Source of the DNA: Lytechinus pictus
Taxonomy: Eukaryota
Direction: 5' to 3'
NCBI RefSeq assembly: GCF_037042905.1
Contig: NC_087252.1
Location: 8,310,001 to 8,374,000 of the forward strand
DNA length: 64,000 nt
Shown here: piece by piece, positions 52,909 to 64,000 of the stretch
Position numbering within the stretch: the stretch's first letter is position 1
Layout of the letters: the number at the start of each line of letters is the position of its first letter
Made by a program: the position numbers and the translations under genes
Notes under the pieces: model-generated
Databases searched by the model: none
Told to the model about the DNA's origin: nothing
What the model saw: the letters and a program-made list of their open reading frames with translations, nothing else

Positions 52909-53456
52909 TGGGGGGGGGGGGGGTGGATGGAGTTACGCCACTCACGATTATAATGAATAAAAATAGAAGTTGATCTTCTCGAAATCTACTGTACTCTATA
53001 ACATTTTATTTTCTCGCTCTCTCCTCTTCCCCTTCCATCTCTCACCCATCATTGCGCTGTAAATATATCTCGATTTTTACAATAAGGAAACAACATAAAC
53101 AGCACTGTGATATTTCTGTGGCTGAATTTTATTTTCTAAGTTACTACGTTCATTATCTAAAATAAATATGAATTTGAAGAAAAAAACGTTTGTATAGTTT
53201 TAGTGTCACGGACGGACACATAGATGAATTCCTGTAAAATTTGAGTGCAAACATTGTGATTTTTATCAGGTTTATGTAAAACCCTAAATCATTTTACTAT
53301 TTCGTAATCAGTAATTCACTAACATATTTCTCTGTCTTCATGGTCACAAAGATTTTCATTTGCAAAGGTTTACTGAAAAGGGCAATAAGATATCAAAAGC
53401 AAATAAATATTATAATAAAGCTATATACATGTAATTCAAAATCCTACTCCCTTTTT

Positions 53457-54161
53457 CAGGGGGGGGGACAATTTTTTCCGGTGTGTGTGTATGTGTCACA
53501 AGGGCGGATCCGACTATCGCCAATAGGGGACGGGACCCGAAATTATCTTCACCTATATTTTCCCCGATCAGTCACTTCTTAGTTTTATTCTTATAAAACA
53601 ACATAAACATGAAATAATCTCATAAGCCTTATAAAAAGTGCGAGCGCGAAGCGCGAGCGATTTTTTTTTACTTTCATGTATTTTGTCCTGAAAATTTAAT
53701 ATTCTGGGCAATGTTATGTATGATCCTGAATAAGATTCGTATGTAAGAAGATGATAACTGCGAACGCCAAGCGCGAGCAGAAATTTATATTAACTGTTCT
53801 AGCATTATCGAAAAGGGACCTGTTAAGGACTGCTTACAGTTACCCACGAAGACGGTATATATTTCAATAATGGGAGCGCGAAGCGCGAGCAAAAAATTAA
53901 TATAGTAACATGACAGATTTTTGTTTTTGCAAGTCTTCCCCTCACGTACATTATTTCATTCACTCCTCTTCCTCCTCTTATTTTCCTTTTCTTTTCTTTC
54001 TCCTTCTTTTCTTATTTTCTTTTCTTCTTTCTCCCTTATTTTTTTTTGCTCTGCCAATTTTTTTCAGGGGGGGCACCTGGGGGGGGGGGCACACCAAATC
54101 TCAGGGGGGGGGGCACGTTCCCCCCCAGGCCCCCCCCCCCCCCCCCGTAGCTACGCCACTG
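53457..54161. mobile_element. Partial copy of the 35834-37339 family
   Basis: Shared internal segments; ends GTAGCTACGCCACTG. Confidence 0.65.
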
Positions 54162-54726
54162 CTCGTTCAGTCCATTCACTTTCCGGCCGATGAGCATCTC
54201 CACCCATACTGCAGGCGTGAAGGTGCATGGCCTCAACGGCCGACGCATACAAGGGCGTAGGCTGGGGGTGCACGTGTATCCTGCCGCTTATCGAGGCAGA
54301 GGGGTTCCGACATTACATACGGCAAGCAAAACGATATTTGTACCCCTTCTACTGCTTTCAGCGGCTAATTTTCCAAACTTTAGTTCCGCCCCCAAGCTGT
54401 GCACCCCGATACCGTGACGTCCACTTCGATCACCATGCTCAAACCAGCCTACGCCATAGTCATAGGTCTGTATGTATCAGGGGTGTACGATAGATTTTAT
54501 TTCCCCATTGGACCATACGAAGATATCAAAATTGTACGTTGTCGTTGAATCGAGATATCCAAGAAAAAAAAATGCAGAAATTTCAATAAAGCTCCCGCAG
54601 TTTGCAAATTGCAATAGGGCAAGACACAACAACAAATTATTCAGCAAAATTAGGTCCACACCATGAAACCTATAATTATAGACCAAATTAAAGTAGGTTC
54701 TACGTTTTGATCCCATTAGGTCTGAT

Positions 54727-56100
54727 TTATTTCTGTATTTTCATTGGAAACCCTTCAAGTTTCCGGCAGGAGTTCGTCCACCAGTTTGTTAAAGGAGGAA
54801 GGCTTTGGCGGACCGGCAGACCCTCACTGGTTAATTCCTCATCAGCTAGCAATCTGTTGACGACTTGACACATATTCCAGGGCTCAAAGAGCCATTTCGC
54901 CATGTTTTCACTAAAAGCGACGACGGATCCATATTTCTTCCATTCAAAATACGTATTGTAGAGACGGTCGTTTCTGTCTACGAGGTTGATATAGTCAGCA
55001 AGGTCCTGGAGGGTTTCAAAGTCCTCAACATGGATTAATGAATGGGGTGGGGCCACTGCTTCGTAATCTGCGCGCGGAGCTCCGAAGACAATTGGGATTA
55101 AATTGTTCATATAGGCATTGTTCCATAATTTTTCAGTGATGTAATCCCGACAGGCACTGTTCTCAAAGGCAAGGTAGAACTTGAATCGTCGGAGGAAACT
55201 ACTGCATGATGTCACAAAGTTCTCCCCTTCTCTTTTGGCATGACGTGCAGGACAAGGGGCCTGTTTACCACACTTGCCATATATACCTACATCCACCAGG
55301 CGAGAGAGTTCTTTGACGAAGCCTGTCCTATTCCAGTGAAGATATCGATTGTTAACATGATCACATTGTTGCGCCAACCAAACAACCTTTCCTTTCCGAC
55401 CGCTTGCCCAATTTCGTGTATCATTGAGCTCGACTGATGGTTTGCTTGCATTGTAGTAACCATAACCCCCGTACAGTTGTGCATACCGGGATCGATACGT
55501 CATGTAATAATCATAAGCCCTAGTGCGGTATTCCTGAGGTGGGACACTATGGGGTTCTGTGTTCACGGGGCTTTCATTTGAGAAGAAGATCCATTTTTGT
55601 CCTTTAGGTTTGTGATTTATTAATTTACTCCAATCCCACTTCGCCAAATGAAATGGAAAGACGGCGTGGCTGTTCTTCAGAGTTTGATAGTTTGTATCGA
55701 AGATCAATCTAACACCGCATGGTAAACCAGGACAAGGTTCTATCCCTCGAGGTCGGATCTGGAATACATTAGGACCCCATATCTGGACTTGTCTAAAGCA
55801 ATTTGGACTCTGGGTTTCATTAGCACTGGGCTTGTTTGGATTGTGTATGTCCGAAAAGTTTGTACTTCTATGTAGAACTCGGAAAAAGTATGCGTAAGGG
55901 TCGTCACTTCCAGTTGGAATATTTTCTTTTTGTTTGATTCCTATTTCTCTCTGAACTGACTTATGATTTTGCGGCTTCTTTTGTTTTACCAGTTTCATCG
56001 TTTTCCATTCCTGACTGTTTGAGCTCCAGAGTGATATCACAACTACGGTCACAAGAGAAATAAGCCATGCCAGTAGAAGGAACGGGTGTATAGAGGCCAT
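54727..56100 (-). CDS. Alpha-1,3-fucosyltransferase (GT10 family), 457 aa, single coding exon, type II membrane protein
   Basis: N-terminal signal anchor PFLLLAWLISLVTVVVISLW; motifs WIFFSNESP, YMTYR, VGIYGKCG, FYLAFENSACRDYITEKLWNNA, PIVFG, APPHSLIHVEDF, YNTYFEWK. A splice acceptor (cccttacag) at 56122 just upstream of the ATG implies a 5' UTR exon. Confidence 0.95.
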   Translation of the reverse strand: MASIHPFLLLAWLISLVTVVVISLWSSNSQEWKTMKLVKQKKPQNHKSVQREIGIKQKENIPTGSDDPYAYFFRVLHRSTNFSDIHNPNKPSANETQSPNCFRQVQIWGPNVFQIRPRGIEPCPGLPCGVRLIFDTNYQTLKNSHAVFPFHLAKWDWSKLINHKPKGQKWIFFSNESPVNTEPHSVPPQEYRTRAYDYYMTYRSRYAQLYGGYGYYNASKPSVELNDTRNWASGRKGKVVWLAQQCDHVNNRYLHWNRTGFVKELSRLVDVGIYGKCGKQAPCPARHAKREGENFVTSCSSFLRRFKFYLAFENSACRDYITEKLWNNAYMNNLIPIVFGAPRADYEAVAPPHSLIHVEDFETLQDLADYINLVDRNDRLYNTYFEWKKYGSVVAFSENMAKWLFEPWNMCQVVNRLLADEELTSEGLPVRQSLPPLTNWWTNSCRKLEGFPMKIQK

Positions 56101-56547
56101 TGCAAGTTGAATAGATGAATTCTGTAAGGGAGAGGCGAATCGAAAAATAGAAAAGTAATACATAATTGTACATAATTGAACTGATAGTGTAGAGAATACA
56201 GGCTATTCCCTTGGACCGATGAATATGCATAGTCCTACAAGCATCGTTGGTTCACATCCACCAAGAAAAAAAAATTGATTACAAAAGGGAAAATAAAAGC
56301 CTACTGTAACATTTGAAACTCAATCGGAATTGGGGTGAAAATAACGTTATTATAACTCGAAATTTTGTTCCTTTTCACAAAACAGAGATGAGCATCTCAC
56401 AGGGTATATGCAAATGAGAATACTGACGTGTGGCATTTTTCACTATTTTTCTTTTCCTTTTTATTTGTCTAAGGGGAAGTTCACCCTGACAAAATATTTA
56501 TTGTAAAAATAGCAGAAAAATGATAAAACATATTGGCGAAAGTTTAA

Positions 56548-56688
56548 AGGGCAAGTCTACCCCAGAAAAATATTGATTTGAATTAAGAGAGAAAAAATCA
56601 AAGTAGCATAACGCTAGTTATGACATTATACAGCTGGATTATCCTATTTTTTATTCAAATAAACTTTTTGTTGGATTGGACTTGTCCT
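56548..56688. mobile_element. Short Kolobok-like MITE nested in the arm of another Kolobok-like element (starting near 56472)
   Basis: TTAA|AGGGCAAGTC...GACTTGTCCT|TTAA. Confidence 0.65.
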
Positions 56689-57423
56689 TTAAGGAAAATC
56701 CACCAAACAATAAAAAAATAGAATTTTAATCATTTGATTTGTGACGTCATATGCGAGGAATTTCCCTACATATCGCATGGTAAAACCTTATGAAATGTAA
56801 CTTTCTCAGAAAATTGAAAGTGGCTTTTATTGTAACTTCAGTATATCAATAAACAAATTATTTCACATAAGCTCCTAAAAAGAAAATAAAAGATAAGTCA
56901 CCAAGAACCCCCAAAAAGAACTTTATGCATTTTATATTACTTAACACATTGGACAGCTGCAAGTTTATGTCGTCACAATTCAAAAACTTGAAATTCTAAT
57001 AAATTTCTCAATCTTTAATGGATTTTCCTCAAATCTTCACTAATAACAGCAAATTATTTCAAAAGAAATTGAATTTTATGTTTGAATTGGTAAATAGACC
57101 CAAACATATTTTTATATCCGGATATAATTAGCAAATTTCATGTCCATTTGATGGTAAATATTTATTTATACCATACAACAATGAACACCTCTTATGTGAA
57201 AACACTGTACCTGTAACTCCTCATTTCCTCTTACTCTCTTCTACTCTTTCTCTCTGTCACGCAATTATAAAAAAACAGACAAATGCCACACACAGTATTA
57301 CAGTATTACTATAATTATTTCAATTACAAATAATACAAAGGTTTCATTTAATTAATTTATACAGATATATACAAATATAAGATTACATAATCAAAAGTAC
57401 ACATGTATTAATTCCATCCCCAA

Positions 57424-59268
57424 CTGGTCAAAGCGGAAAGAAATTTACCGGATTGTGATCACTGATCAAAGCGGAAAGAAATTTACCGGATTTTGATCAC
57501 TGGTCAAAGCGGAAAGAAATTTACCGGATTTTGATCACTGGTCAAAGCAGGGTTGTTTGATTTAAATCATGTCGATTTAAATCATGATTTAAATCGCGAT
57601 TTAAATCACTTGATTTTTTTCAAAAAAATCACTGATTTAAATCAACTTTTATGAACAAAAATAAGTTTTCTCTATTTTCTCTTCTTCTTAACAGATACTT
57701 TCAATGTAATCATTTTCATTTCTGTTCCACATGCTTTAGAGATACTTTAAAAGAATGATACACCCTCATGGAGTCTGATTTAACACCACTGTTTTATTTT
57801 CAAATTGTAAAACAAGCAAAACAGATGAAAACAACAAGTTTCTAAAGAAGTAATGATAAATAACTCTCTGTATGTACACCAAACTGTTAAATCTTCAATA
57901 AAATAATATATAAAATCTACAAAGGTGCTCAAAGTCCACAACTTGGATACTTTTACAAAACAGCTGAACTACTTGTATGTACCTCCTTCTTGTGACTATT
58001 AATACCCATTCTTTCAATTACTTAAGTTGAAGGCATATGTGTACATTTGATAAGAATTACATGTATATTTGCATGCTTGTGTATTTTCTTACCAATACCC
58101 ATACATTCAATTACACAATTTCAAAGTACACATGTATACTTAATAAGTAAGAATTTAAAAATGGGAAAATTGCTGGGCAAGTGTTACTGTATGCAGCAAT
58201 ACAACTGCTGTGCTTGCTTGTTCATGTAATAGTTTGAAAAAACAGCACATCAATGATGTGGTAGACAGTGGTGCTTATCCTGCATCTTGCAACGAAATTT
58301 ATTGAAGTTTTATTTGGAACTGAGGTTACACTGTAATGAAAACATAAAATGTGTATTTTGTTACAAGCATATCAGGAAGTGCCTATTGCAAATCTGGTTA
58401 AATATTATATTCAAATTAGATGTTAACGTACAGTTGTGACTTGCGAATGCTTTGTATACCAGATGTAGCTCTAGAGTTGCAAACCCTATTTCTGTGGAAA
58501 CAAGTCTTAATATGACAAAGCTTTACAATGGCTTAAAGGCATTGGTTAACATTGTGTTCAGTTTTAAAAATCTGAGTTGCATGTTCTCACGTGTATGCTA
58601 ACATGTCTATGGGAATATAGAAATGAAACAGAGCAAAAAATGCTTTAAAGTGTTATCATTTAAAGAAGCAATGTTCAAAAGACTACTTGACCACTATTAT
58701 TGGTGTAAAACAGTTTAAATATAGTTTAAAACTTGTTAAGTGTGACCATTATTTTTCGTTGGAAAAAAATAATAAAAATCTGATTTAAATCATAAAAATC
58801 CGATTAAAAAAAAAATTCGATTTTTTTTTTATTAAAAAAAAAAAATCCAAAAAATCAACAACCCTGGGTCAAAGCGGAAAGAAATTTACCGGATTGTGAT
58901 CACTGATCAAAGCGGAAAGAAATTTACCGGATTTTGATCACTGGTCAAAGCGGAAAGAAATTTACCCGATTGTGATCACTGATCAAAGCGGAAAGAAATT
59001 AACCGGATTTTGATCACTGGTCAAAGCGGAAAGAAATTTACCCGATTGTGATCACTGGTCAAAGCGGAAAGAAATTTACCCGATTGTGACCACTGGTCAA
59101 AGCGGAAAGAAATTTACCCGATTGTGATCACTGATCAAAGCGGAAAGAAATTTACCAGATTTTGATCACTGCTTGAAGCGGAAAGAAATTTACCGGATTT
59201 TGATCACTGCTTGAAGCGGAAAAAAATTTACCGGATGTTGATCACTGGTCAAAAGCGGAAAGAAATTT
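57424..59268 (+). repeat. 38-bp minisatellite (CTGGTCAAAGCGGAAAGAAATTTACCGGATTGTGATCA), about 13 units, split by a hAT insertion
   Basis: Contiguous units at 57424, 57462, 57500, 57538 (split) and 58875-59268. Confidence 0.95.
57548..58866. mobile_element. Non-autonomous hAT-like element (1319 bp)
   Basis: TIRs CAGGGTTGTT..GATTT and AAATCAACAACCCTG; perfect 8-bp TSD GGTCAAAG (57540-57547 and 58867-58874); subterminal GATTTAAATC repeats. Confidence 0.92.
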
Positions 59269-62200
59269 TTGCTGTTTTTACAACAAAGTTCTCGTTATGG
59301 TGAACTTTCCCATCTATTACAGAAATGTAATGTAATAAATTTTCCTTCCAATAAAAAAATCAGATTCTCAGTTCTGTACATCTTTAATATTTTTTTTCAA
59401 ACTATCTTGTTTGGGTGAGTTCACTGACCACATCAAAGTAAAAAAAATATAGCGCCTATCAAAATTGCTCTAAGCGCTTTACATCACAAAACCTAACTAC
59501 TTAACTTAATAAACTAAACTCCCTTATTAACTTAACTACCTTACATAACTAAACATCCAACGTAACTACCTTATATATCTAAAATACCAACTTAACTACG
59601 GACAAATAAACCTTAAAAATCATACTATACTCAACAAAAAAATAAGTCCCCCCTTAAACAAACATCCATAATTTCCGAACCACTGGGATTTTTAAATATA
59701 TTTTTACGTGAGCGTGTTGGTAATCTTATAAGCTCCCCTCTTAGTGAATGTTATGGACGTATTTTATGTCATGCTTCAGTGAGCACCACCAGAAGGCAAA
59801 ATTGTCACTTTTTAAAAGTCACAAGCAAAATATCATGACTTTGATTCCAATTCATTGGAACGATTTCCACATTTTGCACCAGGAAAAATAGTCAGGACGC
59901 TTGTAAAAGGTACTCTCTAAAAGACGCTACAACTTTTTTGGCTAAATTCCACGGTTGAATACAGTCGAAATTTGCTTTTATTGGAATTTTTACACATTTC
60001 TATCGATAAAAATGATCGAATACCATGACAATTATTTTTGGGAAGAGTATATTCAACAATATTCATTATTTTACGGCTCAATGAACATTCAATGAAAACA
60101 AAAATTCGATTTTTAGATATCATTGGCAAGTAATGTTTTAATTTGGTAACTGAAATTATCTTTTCGTGATGTTCATGACCAATTTACATGTTTCAATGAT
60201 TCAAAGGCGTTTGATTTAACATTCACGCTTGAATGAACATGTGGAATGTGATTAGCTCTTTTTAACGTGATTGGAAAAAATGCAATTGCTAATTATGGAT
60301 ATCTGCCATAAACCTCCTTGCATAGTTAATTTGATGTTTTTAATGAAAATCCCGATGTTCAATGCTTCAGTGAGCAGACAATATTCGAAAATTATGCGAT
60401 TGAGATGAAAGTTCAAGGCCTTGGCCCCACTCTAGCCTTATCGAATGGTTATTCTGGCGTGCGCGCCTTTTGGATAGTGCAACTCTAAAGCATGCGAGAA
60501 GTTTCATGAGAAAACTATTGGCAGAAGTAACAAAAACCGTCTATGAAACAAACCCTTAGTTAAATTTTGTTAAAATTTTGAATTCCTCTCTCATAGAAAT
60601 TGTGTACACTATGGGTGCATATGTTTGCGAATAAGTAACCCCTCATTCAATGTGGTGAAACTTTTTTTCAAAGCTGTCTTGAGCAGTATCATTTGGCAGT
60701 AATGTTTATCAACCTATGTGCAGACTTCATATGAAAAAAATGAAATCGATTTATTTATCTATGGATGAGTGAGCACGCCTTAAAGGGGGATAATTGATAT
60801 TTTCACAGACTCATTTTGAGGGGTTATAAAGTAAATAATGGGGGCAAATTCGGTTTTAAATGTAACTTATTTGGTGTTGTTTTTATCACCCATCATTTCT
60901 ATCATCACACACTTTCCGATCTTTTTACACTTTCATGGTTGAGCGAGCACACTCGAAGACTTAGTAATTAATACTCTTTTACTGCATACGACTGTATTCT
61001 TTTCCTTACAATTTCTCAGGATCGGTTGAATTTATGGACAAATCAGTGGTGTATCCAGCATTTGAAAGTGGGGAGGTGCCGAGAAATTGGGGGAGGGGAA
61101 CTACTAAAATTTTAACAAGTTTTAACAAGTTACAGGGGATACTACCACAAACCCCTATGATGATGCGTCACAAAAAGAATGTGCTCACTCAACCATGAAC
61201 ATACGTTATCTTTAACACCATGAAATTCACCACAAAACAACCTTTGCCCAACTTTGTTATATTTGTATTTACACAATCTGAAAAAAGACTCTTGTGACCA
61301 TAAAAAAAATTGTCATTTTAATTCAATCTTTGATTACTCATGCATGACTCAACCGATCAATCTCATTTTCGCCCGGATTTGCTTAATGAGTGTAAAAACA
61401 CCTACGAAATATTAAATTTCAAAATTATTCCTATTAAAAGTAACAGCACTTTGATTTAGGGGGGAGGGGGACTTACTTTTTTGTTGTGTATATTTACGGA
61501 AGAGATATGTCTTAAGTGCTACTTTACTAGGTAGCATATTTCCTTAGTAACTGAGCTTTATTGGGCTTGAGGAACAGTTTTACAAGCAAAATGTCACCTA
61601 AACTTTTATCTAAAGCATATTTCTTTGTATCACAACAGTTTTGATCCATGTATTCATAGCAACGGTTTCTAAGGGACCTTTTTCGATAGCAACAATAGTT
61701 CATCATAGTTCAGATCATTATAATTTACTCAGAAGAGCTCAGAAATTAATTTTGGCCCATAGATTCCTTATGTGATGAATGTTTCCATAGGTATACCCAA
61801 TGAGCACCAAGGCAAAGGTTGCTCGGTAACATATTTCCTCAATAACCAATTCTTATATAGGGTGTTTTAATGATTAAAATTTTATGTGAGCCACCATATC
61901 TATAATATTTAAGCATCAATACATTAATCACAACAACCCAGGAACATGTATACCATGTTTACCCGCCCATGACAAGTACCAGGTGCTAAGTAGCATGTTT
62001 TCTGCAACCGATTGTTAAAGGCCGTATGGTAAGATTATCAAAGCATTTGAGAGGTACTCATACGATGCTTAAAACGTAAAACATTGAAAACATTGCACAA
62101 ATTAAACTACCTCATGATATGGTTTATATTTCCAAAAACGATGTTTATTGGGTCCATATCATTGGCATAATTATACTTGTTGCTTGTTAGAAAACTCACC

Positions 62201-62894
62201 TTAAAACCAATTTTTCTCCATTTGGAAACCATGATTATTAGGAATTAACCTAAACATAATTATGGAAAAGATCAATCATTGATCAAATTACTTGGTGTCT
62301 TTCATAGTAAAGGGTTATTTTTTAATGTTTGTTATAACTATATAGTTACATGCTTATCAATGAATGATAATATACCTAATGATTTTCTTATCTGAGCGAT
62401 TGACAATAAAGGTAGAATTGATCGACACTTGTATCATCAAGAATCAAAAGTCTAGAAACCGTCGACATTCTGTAAATTTGTGGCTATCTATCCTCCAATG
62501 AAGCCCTATTAAACACTTTTAAGACCCTGTATACCTACAAATGCCCTTGGAGAGAATTCCACAAAATAAACATTTAACAAGAGGTCACTCTTGTAGAAGA
62601 ACGGTTACAAGAGCTGACCAGGAGGTCATGGGTTCTTACAACCTAAACATCTCTGATCTTGGAGAGGTGAAAAAATGACCGCCAAGAATTGATTCAGTCA
62701 ACTAAGTTTAAAATCATTTAAAACACCAAAATATCGCCAGAATGTAATTTCCAAATGAGTGCTTGCATGGGTTCCATTTTATACCTTGCTAACAGTAGTC
62801 GGTCGCTTGAAAGGCCTTGGTTTTACCCCTCCCTTCCGTAGCCTGCAATGATAAAATTAGTTCTCCATGCTGTTCCCGGACCTAATGCTACGTG

Positions 62895-63545
62895 CAGGAG
62901 TTGATTTTGACTTGTCATTTCCGTCTCCAGGTGTTTTGACTATGATCAATCCTGCGCAGCTCCGGGATCTAGCATGAAGTGAAAGATCCGTTAGAGTTGA
63001 TTTGGATCATTGAGTTGCGTTCCCAACGTGTTAGCCTGGATCCTGCTGCTACATGATCTATGGTGTCTTCTGCAGAAGTTAATTTGGACCTGTTAGTTCC
63101 GATTCCAAGGTTTTTTTTTACCTGGATCAATCCTGCAGCTCTGGCATCTATCATGACGTGAAAGATCTTGCCAGAGTTGATTTAGACCGGTCAGTTCAAT
63201 TTTGAGGCATGTTGGCCTGGATCCTGCAGCTATATGATTGATCTATCACGACGAAATCCTGCAAAAGTTTATTTGGACCTGTCTGTTCTGTTTCCAGGTG
63301 TTTTGACCTGGATCAATCCTGCATCTCCAGGATTTATCATCACGTCAAAGATCTCACAAGAGTTGATTTGGACCTGTCAGTTCTGTTTCAGGCGTGTTGG
63401 CCTGGATCCAGCAGCTCCGTGATCTATCATGACTTGAAAGCTCTTGCAGAAGTTGATTTGGACCTGTCATTTCCGATTGACTTAGATCCTGCAGCTTCAA
63501 GATATATCATGACTTTAAATTTTTTTCAGGACTATGTGCAGCTGA
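62895..63545. repeat. Degenerate ~85-90-bp tandem repeat with alternating variants
   Basis: GAGTTGATTTGGACCTG and GATC(AAT)CCTGCAGCT motifs recur about 7 times. Confidence 0.75.
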
Positions 63546-63549
63546 CTTT

Positions 63550-63880
63550 GTCACATACATGTGAAGCACTTGTGATATCAGGTTGTTTGGATGTGATCCA
63601 TACTCGGCCAAAGAACAGTAGCATTCAGTTCTGATATGCTCCTTCCTCCCATATACCTCCAATACTTCTTGACATGTCCAGATCAGATAGAAATGATTCT
63701 GCTGGTGCATGGCACTATCACTTTGTCTCGCAATATAATGTCCTTATGGGGAGGAATGTTTCTTACACTTCGATTGATGAAACATTCATCTTCCCATCGA
63801 ATAGGATGATGACTGTAACTTTCTTGATGTATTCCTCTGTTGCTTGTAGCCTTGTACCATAATCTGAACAATTCTTGTTA
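63550..63880 (-). pseudogene. Highly degraded Gypsy-like integrase N-terminal fragment
   Basis: KDIILRDKVIVP...SGH...VLWPSM..HI...KCFTC resembles the HHCC region; contains stops. Confidence 0.45.
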
Positions 63881-63894
63881 TTTTTTTGCACCGA

Positions 63895-64000
63895 TCATCT
63901 AGACTATAAGAGGAAGTGAGTTCCAGACTAGAAGCCACAACTGAAAAGGCTCTGTCGCCATGGGTGTAGGAGGTTGCATTGGGAACAACTAAAAGGTTCT
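63895..64000 (-). mobile_element. L2-type LINE ORF2 3' fragment
   Basis: LLVVPNAT..THGDRAFSVVA..(W)NSLP motif. Confidence 0.7.

Noticed and set aside
54165..54500. Coding exon in a GC-richer stretch downstream of the FUT gene
   Set aside because: No recognisable motif in any frame and no convincing splice pair.
57424..59268. CRISPR-like 38-bp repeats
   Set aside because: Units are contiguous with no unique spacers, there are no cas genes, and the context is eukaryotic.

Overview
This is AT-rich, intron-containing animal DNA dominated by transposable elements. The repeat families, the Ig receptor type and the GT10 gene suggest a sea urchin or other echinoderm (inference). There are three host genes. 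(1) An intronless calpain C-terminus (domain III plus penta-EF-hand) is split by a full-length, recently inactivated Gmr1-like LTR retrotransposon (731-7771) with a CTGC target-site duplication (TSD), a tRNA-Pro primer binding site and Gag-PR-IN-RT-RH order. (2) A minus-strand multi-exon Ig-superfamily transmembrane receptor (signal peptide, IgV, IgV, IgC-like, TM; about 30260 to 13862) was assembled here from splice sites and carries a frameshifting deletion in a skippable exon. (3) An intact single-coding-exon alpha-1,3-fucosyltransferase (54727-56100, minus strand). The rest comprises an RTE LINE, L2/CR1-type LINE fragments, a three-level transposon nest, Academ-like foldback elements rich in YY1-type motifs, Kolobok-, Tc1- and hAT-like non-autonomous elements, a tRNA-derived SINE, a 1.3-kb tandem duplication showing both empty and filled sites of a 3-kb foldback element, and several minisatellites. 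No CRISPR, rRNA or true tRNA is supported. I cannot demonstrate a new biological system; the best leads are listed as findings.
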